In this document: piece by piece, positions 1-9,179 of the stretch
How the letters are laid out: every line of letters begins with the position of its first letter
Numbering within the stretch: position 1 is the first letter of the stretch
Origin: an uncultured virus (IMG/VR IMGVR_UViG_3300027668_000012)
Taxonomy: Duplodnaviria; Heunggongvirae; Uroviricota; Caudoviricetes
Direction: 5' to 3' (one strand)
Virus record (IMG/VR): IMGVR_UViG_3300027668_000012
Location: 1 to 64,000 of that record
DNA: 64,000 nucleotides
Notes under the pieces: generated by a model
What the model was told of the DNA's origin: nothing
Seen by the model: only the letters and a program-made list of their open reading frames with translations
Databases searched by the model: none
Made by a program: the position numbers and the translations under genes

Positions 1-485
1 TATTCTCCATTCTTATGATTTACATTAAAAACTTCTGTTGTTTTTGAGGCTTTTGGGATTTTATACTTCTTTCCATCTGACATTTGAGGATTGTAAACCA
101 TTATGTCATTTATCTTGTCACTACCTTTTGGAAAGTTTCTCGCATAGCCATTAGAAAAAACAATAACATCTTCAATATTATTTAATGGCTGAAATGATGC
201 TTGTGGAAAATTAGACTTTGTATCTTTTTTCCATATCCAATCATATTTAAACATATTTAAATTTGAGCATCTTAAAACACTTGAAAACGGTTCTTTTCCG
301 AATAATACAATCGCGCCGTTCGGTTTAATTAGTCGCTTCAAATGATCCCACATAGGTTCAAAAGGAATAACAATATCCCATTTACAAGCTGTAGTTCCAT
401 ATGGTGGGTCTGTCAGCACTAAGTCAACAGAACCATCAGGTATAGTCTTCATTAGTTCCAAGCAATCGCCTTGTAGTAGTTTCAC
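1..485 (-). CDS. DNA N6-adenine/N4-cytosine methyltransferase (N6_N4_Mtase family), 3' end outside window
   Basis: Not in ORF track. Manual translation from GTG at 485 (GTGA overlap with upstream stop): MKLLQGDCLELMKTIPDGSVDLVLTDPPYGTTACKWD..., with the catalytic DPPY motif near the N-terminus (beta class); open to the window edge. Confidence 0.9.
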   Translation of the reverse strand, partial: MKLLQGDCLELMKTIPDGSVDLVLTDPPYGTTACKWDIVIPFEPMWDHLKRLIKPNGAIVLFGKEPFSSVLRCSNLNMFKYDWIWKKDTKSNFPQASFQPLNNIEDVIVFSNGYARNFPKGSDKINDIMVYNPQMSDGKKYKIPKASKTTEVFNVNHKNGE

Positions 486-784
486 TTATCATCCTCTTTA
501 ACAAACACACCATCAACCATTCTACCTTTACGATCTTTAATATCGTTATAGGCAACTTCAAGACATTCATTTAAAGTTAAGTTATTACGTTCCATAATAT
601 TGATAAGGACAACCATCATATCACCGATGTCGTCACGAATGTCTTTACCTTTACAAATATTATCAGACAACTCACCAGCTTCTTGTATGAGCTTTAGGTA
701 CTGATCTTTGTCTGAACTTCCATCAATCAAATTACGATCATAATGCCATTGAATTATACTATTGATTGTATCTTGTAATTGCAT
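482..784 (-). CDS. MazG-like all-alpha NTP pyrophosphohydrolase
   Basis: KLIQEAGEL...DDIGD acidic metal-binding pattern, with a C-terminal AYNDIKDRKG...DGVFVKE typical of the phage MazG-like family. Confidence 0.8.
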   Translation of the reverse strand: MQLQDTINSIIQWHYDRNLIDGSSDKDQYLKLIQEAGELSDNICKGKDIRDDIGDMMVVLINIMERNNLTLNECLEVAYNDIKDRKGRMVDGVFVKEDDK

Positions 785-981
785 TATACATCCGCTCCTA
801 ATTCATTAACCATAGTAGATTCAATACGATCTGCCATGATCTCATATTCCTCAGCAATTAGACTAATCTCTTCAAGAATAGTGTAACGGCTTTTTCCGAA
901 AAGTGCTGAACGGCGATGCAGACTTCGCATGCGCTTTGCCATTTCTGTCACTGTTTGAATGTCTGTCATAATAAAACTCAT
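784..981 (-). CDS. hypothetical protein
   Basis: 65-aa ORF with TAATG coupling to the MazG-like gene. Confidence 0.65.
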   Translation of the reverse strand: MSFIMTDIQTVTEMAKRMRSLHRRSALFGKSRYTILEEISLIAEEYEIMADRIESTMVNELGADV

Positions 982-1030
982 CTTTCTGTTTATGTTTATA
1001 ATATGTGTCTACACGATAACTTGAGAGGTG

Positions 1031-1219
1031 TCAAGATTTTATTCCGACAGATCCTTCTGCCCATTCTTTACATTCTTCAAATGTTTCAAATGCGTTAGAT
1101 AGATTTGGTATACAAACGAACCATGTATTTTCTGAATAATCATCTTTAAAGATGTCCACTGGTTCAATCGAATTAGTTGCTTTGAACCATGTTTTAGGGC
1201 TTTCAATAAATTCCATCAT
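1031..1219 (-). CDS. hypothetical protein
   Basis: ORF track gives 1031..1246; start moved to ATG 1219 because AGGAGA lies 7 nt upstream and the -10 box abuts 1246. Confidence 0.6.
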   Translation of the reverse strand: MMEFIESPKTWFKATNSIEPVDIFKDDYSENTWFVCIPNLSNAFETFEECKEWAEGSVGIKS

Positions 1220-1248
1220 AGCATATTCTCCTATGTCAATATACATAT

Positions 1249-1277
1249 CTTATAGAATAAAATGATGGTGTTGTCAA
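1249..1277 (-). promoter_or_regulatory. sigma70-type (early) promoter
   Basis: TTGACA-N17-TATAAG on the minus strand upstream of the small ORF cluster. Confidence 0.6.
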
Positions 1278-1291
1278 GCACTAATATTGAT

Positions 1292-1378
1292 TGATGTCGG
1301 TTAAGGACTCGAACCTTAAAACTATTTAGTATGACGCCTGTGATACTAATAATAAAGTCTAGCAAACCTGCACCGACC
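1292..1378 (-). ncRNA. tRNA-like RNA (acceptor stem plus T-arm, non-canonical D and anticodon region)
   Basis: GTCGGT/ACCGAC acceptor-like stem; T-arm TAAGG-TTCGAGT-CCTTA; central hairpin TTAGTAT...ATACTAA with no 7-nt anticodon loop; intergenic. Confidence 0.6.
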
Positions 1379-1446
1379 ACAATTACTTTTAATTAGTGTA
1401 AAGCAGTTTTAATACATGCTTAGGTATTATGACTTGTCAAGTTTTA

Positions 1447-3306
1447 CTATCTAGGAAATCGTAGGCTTTCAGGATGATGTGACTCAGGAGCTGACAGAAA
1501 AACAGCATCACCGATAGCATTGTTATTATTATTTATCACAGGCGCATCAAGTTTAGCTCCATCGTTATTGGCATTAAATTGTGTTAGTTTACTATTGAAT
1601 ATTTCTGCTTTTAGTTTTTCTCGTCGTTCTTTTAATCGGGTAGAAAATTCTTGCTCTAAATCACTATTCAACATATAAGAACCACTTCCAGTCGCTCTAA
1701 CTTTAGCTAATCTCATATCAGCTCGAAGGTCTTTAATGTTATTAATGTCTTTTATGATTTCACGGATATCGCTGGTACTGTTAATTAAATCATTATTATG
1801 TTGTCGTGAATGTGTTAACCCTAATGCTTTTGCAACTCCTTCAGGAAGCCGATCAATGAAATACTGTGGACTTGGAATAAGGTCTTGTATGAAAAGAGCA
1901 AACTTGTTTATCTTTTCCATCATAGTAGTCTTTTCTCTATCCTGTCCATCCTTAGTGAAATTCTTTAAAAGTGCCTCTAATATTGTATTGACAGGAGAAT
2001 ATACTATTTCAAAGGCAACGCCAGCCATACTAGACACATTCTTTCCGAAACCATTCAGTGTCTTCCAGTTATTCCACCATGTAGTCCATGCGGCTTTTGA
2101 TTTAATTTTTTCGTCTTCAGTTCCAGTCCACCCAAGACCAGTTGTTATAGATGTGATTGCCTCACCCGTCTTTTCAAATGGAATTTGAATAAGGTCTTTA
2201 ATTAATTGATTGAAGTCGAGTGTTTCTATTCCACCTAAAATTTTAGTTAATAGGTTTTTATCTTTATTAATAGTAACATTACCATCTTTATCTGTTATTA
2301 AATAATCTTTTGGTAACAGTTTTTTGATAATAAAAATAGGTATATTTTTTAGCACGTTTGCAAACTCTCCAAAGAAAGAGCCAAGAGTTCCGCCTATCAA
2401 ACCACCTGTACCAGCAAATAATTTATCAACAATACCTTGTTCGTCTTCCATCTCTTTTCTGGCGGTTTTAATACCATCAAATACAGAAAGGATTGCGGCA
2501 AGCGGTTTTACAAACCTAACAATGTTTAGCAACATTCTATTATTTTTAATCGCTTCGAATACTGGTTTTAGTTTTTCTATCGCACTTTTTACTGTTTTGG
2601 TAGGCATAACATTTTTAATCATTCTGTTTATGTCACTAAAAAAACGAACTAAGGCACTTTGAGGTTTTTGTTTTTGAGTAAGCGAACTTTCTCTTGCATC
2701 TGCTAAATTAGTGACCTGTCCAAGTTTAACTAGCTCTCCACTCTTTGTTTTCAACCCCCTTGCAATATCACCTGGAGTCACTCGTCTTAAAAAGGGGCTA
2801 AAACGTTTTTCTACCGAATCCTCGATCAACTTAACATTTTTAAAGACTTTATCGTATATGGATTTTCCAGGAGCTACAACAAGGTCTGTTGCTAATCTTG
2901 CTGGCAAGAGGAATAATTTGTTCATACCTTTTGTAAATTTATTTAGATCTTTTATAGAAGGACCTAAACCTTCAGTAGCCAATGCAAACGCTCCAGCAAA
3001 TGCAACAAGCGAACCTATACTACTGAACAAACCTTTAAAAGGATTACCAAATACAGCTAAACTTTTACCATTACTACTACTTCTACTACTAGTGTTCGTA
3101 TCTGGTTTAGGTTGTTTATTTTTCTTATTGGCCTCAAGTAAAGCTTCACGATTCTTTAATGCGTCGCCTTCCATCTTTTCAAGCAACGCTCTTATGGTAC
3201 TAGACAAGTTTTTAACTGCATCTGTTGTGCTGTGTTGTTCTCTTAATTGTTTATCGTTATCAGCACGTAATTTTAATATTACGTCATTGAGTGTTGCATC
3301 AGCCAT
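1447..3306 (-). CDS. probable tail tape measure / baseplate hub protein (gp29-like position)
   Basis: 619 aa, helical low-complexity composition with Gly-rich hydrophobic stretches, directly downstream of gp26/gp51. Synteny-based call. Confidence 0.55.
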   Translation of the reverse strand: MADATLNDVILKLRADNDKQLREQHSTTDAVKNLSSTIRALLEKMEGDALKNREALLEANKKNKQPKPDTNTSSRSSSNGKSLAVFGNPFKGLFSSIGSLVAFAGAFALATEGLGPSIKDLNKFTKGMNKLFLLPARLATDLVVAPGKSIYDKVFKNVKLIEDSVEKRFSPFLRRVTPGDIARGLKTKSGELVKLGQVTNLADARESSLTQKQKPQSALVRFFSDINRMIKNVMPTKTVKSAIEKLKPVFEAIKNNRMLLNIVRFVKPLAAILSVFDGIKTARKEMEDEQGIVDKLFAGTGGLIGGTLGSFFGEFANVLKNIPIFIIKKLLPKDYLITDKDGNVTINKDKNLLTKILGGIETLDFNQLIKDLIQIPFEKTGEAITSITTGLGWTGTEDEKIKSKAAWTTWWNNWKTLNGFGKNVSSMAGVAFEIVYSPVNTILEALLKNFTKDGQDREKTTMMEKINKFALFIQDLIPSPQYFIDRLPEGVAKALGLTHSRQHNNDLINSTSDIREIIKDINNIKDLRADMRLAKVRATGSGSYMLNSDLEQEFSTRLKERREKLKAEIFNSKLTQFNANNDGAKLDAPVINNNNNAIGDAVFLSAPESHHPESLRFPR

Positions 3307-3307
3307 G

Positions 3308-3436
3308 TTAGGCGTTCCTTTGTCTTTCTGCTTCTTTTTCTTCTTTCAAATAATCCATTAACATATTCAAGTAGACTTCTCTTTCCCACGGAATCATTAG
3401 TTCTATTTCAGTCAATGAGTAACTATGATGTTGCAT
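3308..3436 (-). CDS. gp51: baseplate hub assembly catalyst gp51-like (frame stays open back to the gp26 stop)
   Basis: Not in ORF track. Manual translation ...SHDNLVNYYGTNFQLMQHHSYSLTEIELMIPWEREVYLNMLMDYLKEEKE..., with the hallmark MQHHxYSLTE.E.MIPWERE.Y motif. Confidence 0.8.
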   Translation of the reverse strand: MQHHSYSLTEIELMIPWEREVYLNMLMDYLKEEKEAERQRNA

Positions 3437-3489
3437 CAATTGAAAGTTTGTTCCGTAATAATTCACCAAGTTGTCGTGAGAAAGGCATA

Positions 3490-4203
3490 TTAAAAAAAAT
3501 CTGCCAAACCTTCTAAAACAATTTCGTTGGCATGTTTACATTTGTTACAATCGAAATTGACTGTGTGAGATAGTTTAGGCATAGATTCAATGTAGGCACT
3601 TACTTTAGAAAACTGGTCTTTAGTCATAGAGTCAATAAAGTCTGACACTTCTTTTTTTGGTACATCAGATGTCACAATTCTTTCTTCTTCTGTGACGATT
3701 GCACTAATACATTTAGCAATCATTGCAAACGCACCTTCGTTAGCTGATTGTGCATCTGTGATACCCAACTCTAACATATCAGAATACGAAGGCCATTTCA
3801 TTTCTATACTAATTTCATCAGTAATCTTAATGACATGATCAATATCAGGAACATCGATCGTGATACTTGAAATATCTACATCAATCTCGTTATCAACTTC
3901 ACATTCTTTATTAGAACATTTAAGGTTTATTTTGCTACTTTCGCCAACAGACTTTGCTCGTATCTGTGTGAACAAATATTCAATGTCGAATATAGCCAAC
4001 TCTTTCGTACTAATGTCATTCTCAATACAAGCATCGACTGTATCAGCCACGGCATTAAGAATTGCCGTCATGTCTTGTGATTCCATAGCCATCATCATAA
4101 CCTTTTCTTCTTTCACCAAGTAAGGTCTATATCTAATTTTTTGGTTGCTTGAAGGTATAACAAGTTCGTGCTTTGGAGTATCATTCAGTTTTGGTAGTGC
4201 CAT
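3490..4203 (-). CDS. gp26: baseplate hub subunit gp26
   Basis: MALPKL..., RPYLVKEEK, DIEYLFTQIRAKSVGE, two Cys-pair motifs, C-terminal LEGLADFF. Confidence 0.9.
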   Translation of the reverse strand: MALPKLNDTPKHELVIPSSNQKIRYRPYLVKEEKVMMMAMESQDMTAILNAVADTVDACIENDISTKELAIFDIEYLFTQIRAKSVGESSKINLKCSNKECEVDNEIDVDISSITIDVPDIDHVIKITDEISIEMKWPSYSDMLELGITDAQSANEGAFAMIAKCISAIVTEEERIVTSDVPKKEVSDFIDSMTKDQFSKVSAYIESMPKLSHTVNFDCNKCKHANEIVLEGLADFF

Positions 4204-4214
4204 TCAGGTAGTCC

Positions 4215-4922
4215 TCATATATTAGTTAATAATGTGCCAAGTTGTGACGTTATAAAATCACTGTTAGGTGTTGCTTGTCTGCTCTTTGTTATATTGTATT
4301 TAGTGTACGAGAAAGTGACGTTAAACTCAAGTATCTCACCATTAGCATTACCGAGTTCTACACCTGTTATAGTAGTAGGAAAAGCTTCCTCTAAAGAAAC
4401 TTCATACACTACTTTATCGTCCGTAATGAAATCTAAGTCGAATGTTCCTTGTGCAAGATCAAATCCACCTATACTTGGAAGTCTGTTCTGTATTTCTGCT
4501 GGTAACAAAGGCAGTCCCAATGGTGTAGAATACACAGGAAAACCAATACCTTTCTTTAATTGCTGTATCTTAATCTGTTTTGTATATGTGTTCTTATACT
4601 TTATCTGATAAGAGTCTTGATCTACGATTGCGTCTGTCCAAGTATCAAAATAGTTACGCACACCATAATCATTCAGTAAGAAGAAAGTCATAGTAACATC
4701 TTCATACAATTGTCTGTATGCAATTTTTTCCATCTTGTGACCAATTTCTCGATCATACGTAACAACCTGTTTGCCTGGAATATTTACTCTTGAGCATAAC
4801 AAATTTACATCTGTAGAAGTCGCACCGGGAAGTGACGGAAGTATAACTCTGTAGACATTGCCCATTGCAATGCCACCTTTACTAGACATCAATCCTTTTA
4901 ATTGATCTACACTATATGTCAT
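4215..4922 (-). CDS. gp54: baseplate tail tube initiator (gp54-like, gp19 fold)
   Basis: LLCSRVNIPG, VTMTF, AFPTTI...L...VTFSY tail-tube-family motifs; position next to gp26 and gp2. Confidence 0.65.
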   Translation of the reverse strand: MTYSVDQLKGLMSSKGGIAMGNVYRVILPSLPGATSTDVNLLCSRVNIPGKQVVTYDREIGHKMEKIAYRQLYEDVTMTFFLLNDYGVRNYFDTWTDAIVDQDSYQIKYKNTYTKQIKIQQLKKGIGFPVYSTPLGLPLLPAEIQNRLPSIGGFDLAQGTFDLDFITDDKVVYEVSLEEAFPTTITGVELGNANGEILEFNVTFSYTKYNITKSRQATPNSDFITSQLGTLLTNI

Positions 4923-5509
4923 TTATTAATCTTTCTTCTTGAATCTGCATGGACTTTAGTTGCAGACGCTTTCTGGAAATCGGCTGTTGGTAAGAAAGCG
5001 GCAATTTCCCACTCAGGTGCTTCTACAAATGCAAACTTACTTCTTACTTGACTAGACAAGTAATGCTTTAGACATGGTTTAAACTCTTTAAACTTTGCCG
5101 CACCTTGTAAAAGATCATACGTCACATCAAATCGAGTGCTTCTATTATATTTTTTATTGCTTGTCACATCAAGTAAATTGTCTAAAAACTTTGCTCGTAG
5201 AACTAATGGTAGGTAGTGTAAGTTCAATCCCATAAAACCACCTTTGGCAGGACCTAAAACGATAACTAAAGGGAATGAATCATAGAATGGTAAAGTGTCT
5301 TTACCTTTTGGGTCATAGAAAAACATACACATAGATCCAAGCACTGTTCTATTCTTTAGAACGATAGGGTCTTCTTTCATTAGAGTTGCACGATTGACTT
5401 TACCCATTGCAACAGCCTTCTTACGAAACCATTCACGCGACTGTTTAGTACGCGGCTGAATTCCGTTACGAAAGGCTTCTAATTCCATGTTTTTAAAAAT
5501 ATTACTCAT
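4919..5509 (-). CDS. gp2: DNA end protector protein
   Basis: FFYDPKGKDTLPFYDSFPLV, GLNLHYLP, CLKHYL, WEIAAFLPTADF. Confidence 0.92.
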   Translation of the reverse strand: MSNIFKNMELEAFRNGIQPRTKQSREWFRKKAVAMGKVNRATLMKEDPIVLKNRTVLGSMCMFFYDPKGKDTLPFYDSFPLVIVLGPAKGGFMGLNLHYLPLVLRAKFLDNLLDVTSNKKYNRSTRFDVTYDLLQGAAKFKEFKPCLKHYLSSQVRSKFAFVEAPEWEIAAFLPTADFQKASATKVHADSRRKINK

Positions 5510-5514
5510 GTAGT

Positions 5515-5522
5515 TATTTATA
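5515..5522 (-). promoter_or_regulatory. T4-type late promoter
   Basis: TATAAATA on the minus strand just upstream of gp2. Confidence 0.7.
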
Positions 5523-6012
5523 CCTTTTTCTTAGGTTTTTTCTTAGGTTTTCTAAGAGGTTTCAATGGCTTTAAGGCTTTTTTTAATATCCCCATTTGAG
5601 TCAAGGTGTCCTCAGTCCATATCTCAAAACCCCAATTACGATCCTTGGCGTATTCTCTTGCGGCGTCCCACTTATTCATATTCTTAATATAAGTCAATGA
5701 TTCATTCAAGTAACGTCTTGTCTTGTCAGGTCTTTTAGGCGGTTTAGTTTCTTTGTCTGGTTTAATCTCAACTAAACATGTTTTACCATTAGTATAAGTA
5801 ATCTTAAGATCCATGAAGTATCTATGGTACTTTTTATCAACATCATAGTAATATGGTATCACTGTTTCCTCAGAAGACCAATCTTTTATATTAGGGTTGT
5901 TTTCGCACCAAGCGAATGAGTTTCTTTCCCATAAAGAACGATAAGTGACACGTGTATGGTCACCTTTGTACTTAGATGGGTTTTTAACTATATACTTTCC
6001 AGAGTATGCCAT
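5518..6012 (-). CDS. gp4: head completion nuclease
   Basis: MAYSGKY..NPSKYKGD, YRSLWER, WSSEE, HRYFMD, EIKP, NMNKW (TnsA-like fold). Confidence 0.92.
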   Translation of the reverse strand: MAYSGKYIVKNPSKYKGDHTRVTYRSLWERNSFAWCENNPNIKDWSSEETVIPYYYDVDKKYHRYFMDLKITYTNGKTCLVEIKPDKETKPPKRPDKTRRYLNESLTYIKNMNKWDAAREYAKDRNWGFEIWTEDTLTQMGILKKALKPLKPLRKPKKKPKKKV

Positions 6013-6019
6013 TTTAGTG

Positions 6020-6027
6020 TATAAATA
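6020..6027 (+). promoter_or_regulatory. T4-type late promoter
   Basis: TATAAATA upstream of gp48 in the divergent intergenic region. Confidence 0.75.
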
Positions 6028-6064
6028 TCTTATATAATTCCTTTTTATTTATCAGGTTAAAAAC

Positions 6065-7075
6065 ATGACAAACGCCAATGCAAGTCCTTATACTTTTCCA
6101 TTTCATAAAAGAGATGATTACAAAGGCACCATTCGATTCACACCAGTTGTGTACACGGCACCTGAAATATCTGGTGCTAATATAGGTGCCGCCTTTAGGA
6201 GAGAAAATGGGGCTGGTGTATTATCACAGTTGGTAAACTCTGCTACAACGGCATATTTAGAAACGCAACGTGAAATTGCAAGAGCAAGTGAATTTGATAC
6301 AAGTGTAGGATTAGGTTCTCCAAATGACCTACAACCGATTGTCTCATCAGCCAAATCAATACCCCAGTATGATACTGGTGTTATACTATATCTTCCATCA
6401 AGTCTTAGGTTTGACGATCAGGTATCATATGAGAATATGGAACTTGGTGCAATAGGCGGTATTGCTTCTGCTGGTATTAAATCTGGTCTTGGTGCGGTAA
6501 GTTCATTAGCAAGAGGTGTTGGTCAAGCAACAGGTAGTACAATAAACTTGTTAAAAGGTGGTATTGCTGATCAAGCGGCGGCAAGATTAGCGGCAACTAG
6601 ATTAGCACAAAAAAGTGCTATAGCTGGTGGTGCCGTTACAAATGCTTTAGCAGTGACAGTAAACCCTAACACTATCAACCTATTTAAATCTGTTGCACTA
6701 AGAGAGTTCTCGTTTACTTTTAAATTAATAGCCACATCTCAAAGAGAAGCAATAGAGATTGAAAATATAATAAAATTCTTCCGTACAACTATGTATCCAG
6801 AAACAATTGATATTGATTTTGATGCACAAGAAGCAGGTGGTCTAAACGTTCCTATTGGTTATAAGTTTCCTGACAAGTTTGATATTACAATGAGATACAA
6901 TGATCAGCCAGTAGGTACTAAAATTCTTACTAGTGTACTTCGTGGATTTCAATCAGTGTATAACCCACAATCTATGAGTTGGCATGAAGATGGAAAACCA
7001 TCAGAAGTTGATATAACATTATCATTTGGAGAAGAAAGAACTCTTACTCGCAACGATATAACAGCTGGATATTAA
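6065..7075 (+). CDS. gp48: baseplate tail tube cap
   Basis: LYLPSSL, VNPN...LFKSVALREFSFTFKL, IIKFFR, PSEVDITLSFGE. Confidence 0.85.
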   Translation: MTNANASPYTFPFHKRDDYKGTIRFTPVVYTAPEISGANIGAAFRRENGAGVLSQLVNSATTAYLETQREIARASEFDTSVGLGSPNDLQPIVSSAKSIPQYDTGVILYLPSSLRFDDQVSYENMELGAIGGIASAGIKSGLGAVSSLARGVGQATGSTINLLKGGIADQAAARLAATRLAQKSAIAGGAVTNALAVTVNPNTINLFKSVALREFSFTFKLIATSQREAIEIENIIKFFRTTMYPETIDIDFDAQEAGGLNVPIGYKFPDKFDITMRYNDQPVGTKILTSVLRGFQSVYNPQSMSWHEDGKPSEVDITLSFGEERTLTRNDITAGY

Positions 7076-7077
7076 TA

Positions 7078-7815
7078 ATGTATTTTACAAATCACCCCAT
7101 ATCATTATACAAATTTGGAAACGAAAAATCACAAACTGCTATTCAAAATTTGTCTGTGTATGTAGATATTATAGATCAGATAAAAGACAATGTTAACTTT
7201 TATGAGTATTACAATATTCAAGATGGTGAAAGACCTGATACTGTTTCACAAGATATTTATGCCACTGTAAAATATTACTGGACTTTGTATTTATTGAATG
7301 ACAACCTACGAGAGCGTGGTTGGCCTTTGACAGTACAAGAGATTAGAGCAAAAGCAATTAAAGATTATCCTAACACTATTTTGACTACTCGTAATAGTAC
7401 AGAGCTTTTTATTCATTTTCAAGTGGGAGACGCATTAGTCGGTCAGACATCTGGTGCAACTGGTGTTATCATAAAAAGAAACTTGGATTTAGGTCAATTA
7501 GTTATTAGGACTACAAGTACGGAATCATTCACTAGTACAGAATTGGTCAGAGATAACAGTGATGTTGAATTCCCAGAAACTATTCAACTATCTGGATCTA
7601 CTTTAGAACATCTTGCACCACATCATTATGTAAATGGAGCAAATGAACGTACAGACGTTGATCCACATTCAGCAGTCAGTGCATTATTAACTCCTGTCAC
7701 ATACCTTGAAAGGTATCAAAAAGATAACGACACTTTAAGACAATTAAAAATCATTAAGCCTAATGCAATTGGGCAAGTCGTTAAAGCGTATCAAGATTCT
7801 GTTAGATCCACCTAA
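7078..7815 (+). CDS. gp53: baseplate wedge protein
   Basis: MYF..., YNIQDGERPDTVSQDIY...YYWTLYLLND...WP, HHY, ND.LRQLKIIKP. Confidence 0.88.
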   Translation: MYFTNHPISLYKFGNEKSQTAIQNLSVYVDIIDQIKDNVNFYEYYNIQDGERPDTVSQDIYATVKYYWTLYLLNDNLRERGWPLTVQEIRAKAIKDYPNTILTTRNSTELFIHFQVGDALVGQTSGATGVIIKRNLDLGQLVIRTTSTESFTSTELVRDNSDVEFPETIQLSGSTLEHLAPHHYVNGANERTDVDPHSAVSALLTPVTYLERYQKDNDTLRQLKIIKPNAIGQVVKAYQDSVRST

Positions 7816-9179
7816 TGAACGCAACAACTAAAAATAAAGCAATGAGTGCTCACGACTATGTATTGCAATCTGCAATCATAACGTCTTCTGTTGATACAAG
7901 CAATACTACAGTTGATATTAAAAACATCATTACTGATATTGACATATATGAACATTTAGATAAGCCGTACATTACAGGCGAAATATTGTTTATTGATGAC
8001 GCAAATGTATACAACTACATTGGATTTTCTGGTGCAGAGTTTATAGAATTGACGTTTAAGTTGCCAGACGAAGAAGCAGTAGCAATAACAAAAAAGTTTG
8101 TCATTGAGGACACAATCAAAAACGTAAGAAGCAATGATAGAACTTCAGCAGTCTTAATTCGTATAGTAGAAGTCCATGCGTTTAATTCTACATTGATTAA
8201 TGTAAACAAGGCGTACCAAGGTAAACCAGTTGATATAGTCCAGAACATCATTCGTGACAATCTAGGTAAAGACTTCTCTGGTCCTGTACAAGCTGACGCT
8301 CAATCGCCTATAAAGGTTCTAATACCAAACATGACGCCTCTACAAGCGGCAAGATGGGTAAATGAAAGAGCAACTACTATTGATGGTGTTCCATATTACT
8401 TCTTTTCGACTTTGGCTAATGATAAACTACATATAATACCTTTAAACTTGATGCTATCAACTAATCCTGATCCTGTGCCATACGTCTATTCACAAATTAC
8501 AACATCAATTGCGGCTTCAAAAGGCATAGAAGAACAAGCACAATTAATTCAAAGCTACACTTCAAAGAGTAATGACGAGATTGTTAGTTTAATACAAAAG
8601 GGTTTAGTCGGCGCACAGTACAAGTTCTATGATCCTACTATTGGTTCTGAAATTAAAAATGGTGGTGTGACACACAACCTAGACGATACTTTACAAGTAC
8701 TAAAGTCTAATCAAATCATAGCAAAAAATCAAAATGTGTTGACGTATTCAAATAACTACAAGTTAAATGAAATACCAGTCGCACAATTAAAATCCAGAGT
8801 CGTTACTAAGGTTGTGATGTCAGATGTATACAATTCTAAGAATAGTTATTCAGAAGCAGTCGATTTATCACAACACAAGTTAAAGGTGACAAACGAGGCG
8901 TTGAGAGAAACTATTATAAGAAATGCAATTGAAGTTATATTACCAGGAAGAAACTTTCTCAATGGTGCATATAGTAACACTATAGGCAATCAAATAACAT
9001 TAAAGTTTTTAGACACGGCAGTTAACCCTAGCAGAGAAGAAGAAAGCTTAGAAGATCAGAAAAAGTCTGGTGATTATCTAATGTATGCAGTCAGACATTC
9101 ATTTAAGAATGAGAGATATGATGTAATTGCTAGTTGTGTAAAACTAGCCGATCTTCCAAGGGAAACAAATATAAAATGA
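7815..9179 (+). CDS. baseplate hub protein (gp27-like)
   Basis: IDIYEHLDKPYITG, IPNMTPLQAARW, SGDYLMYAVRHSF; lies between gp53 and gp5. Confidence 0.6.
   Translation: MNATTKNKAMSAHDYVLQSAIITSSVDTSNTTVDIKNIITDIDIYEHLDKPYITGEILFIDDANVYNYIGFSGAEFIELTFKLPDEEAVAITKKFVIEDTIKNVRSNDRTSAVLIRIVEVHAFNSTLINVNKAYQGKPVDIVQNIIRDNLGKDFSGPVQADAQSPIKVLIPNMTPLQAARWVNERATTIDGVPYYFFSTLANDKLHIIPLNLMLSTNPDPVPYVYSQITTSIAASKGIEEQAQLIQSYTSKSNDEIVSLIQKGLVGAQYKFYDPTIGSEIKNGGVTHNLDDTLQVLKSNQIIAKNQNVLTYSNNYKLNEIPVAQLKSRVVTKVVMSDVYNSKNSYSEAVDLSQHKLKVTNEALRETIIRNAIEVILPGRNFLNGAYSNTIGNQITLKFLDTAVNPSREEESLEDQKKSGDYLMYAVRHSFKNERYDVIASCVKLADLPRETNIK

Noticed and set aside
1292..1378. Canonical tRNA call
   Set aside because: No 7-nt anticodon loop, no standard D-loop and no encoded CCA; kept only as tRNA-like.
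1409..1440. sigma70 promoter for the tRNA-like RNA
   Set aside because: TTGACA is present, but no -10 hexamer sits at 16-18 nt spacing; the downstream sequence is better explained as a pseudoknot.
1736..3361. Plus-strand ORFs 1736..2188, 2324..2662 and 2711..3361, and the many other antisense ORFs in the track
   Set aside because: They are shadows of well-supported genes on the opposite strand, with no RBS or recognisable motifs.
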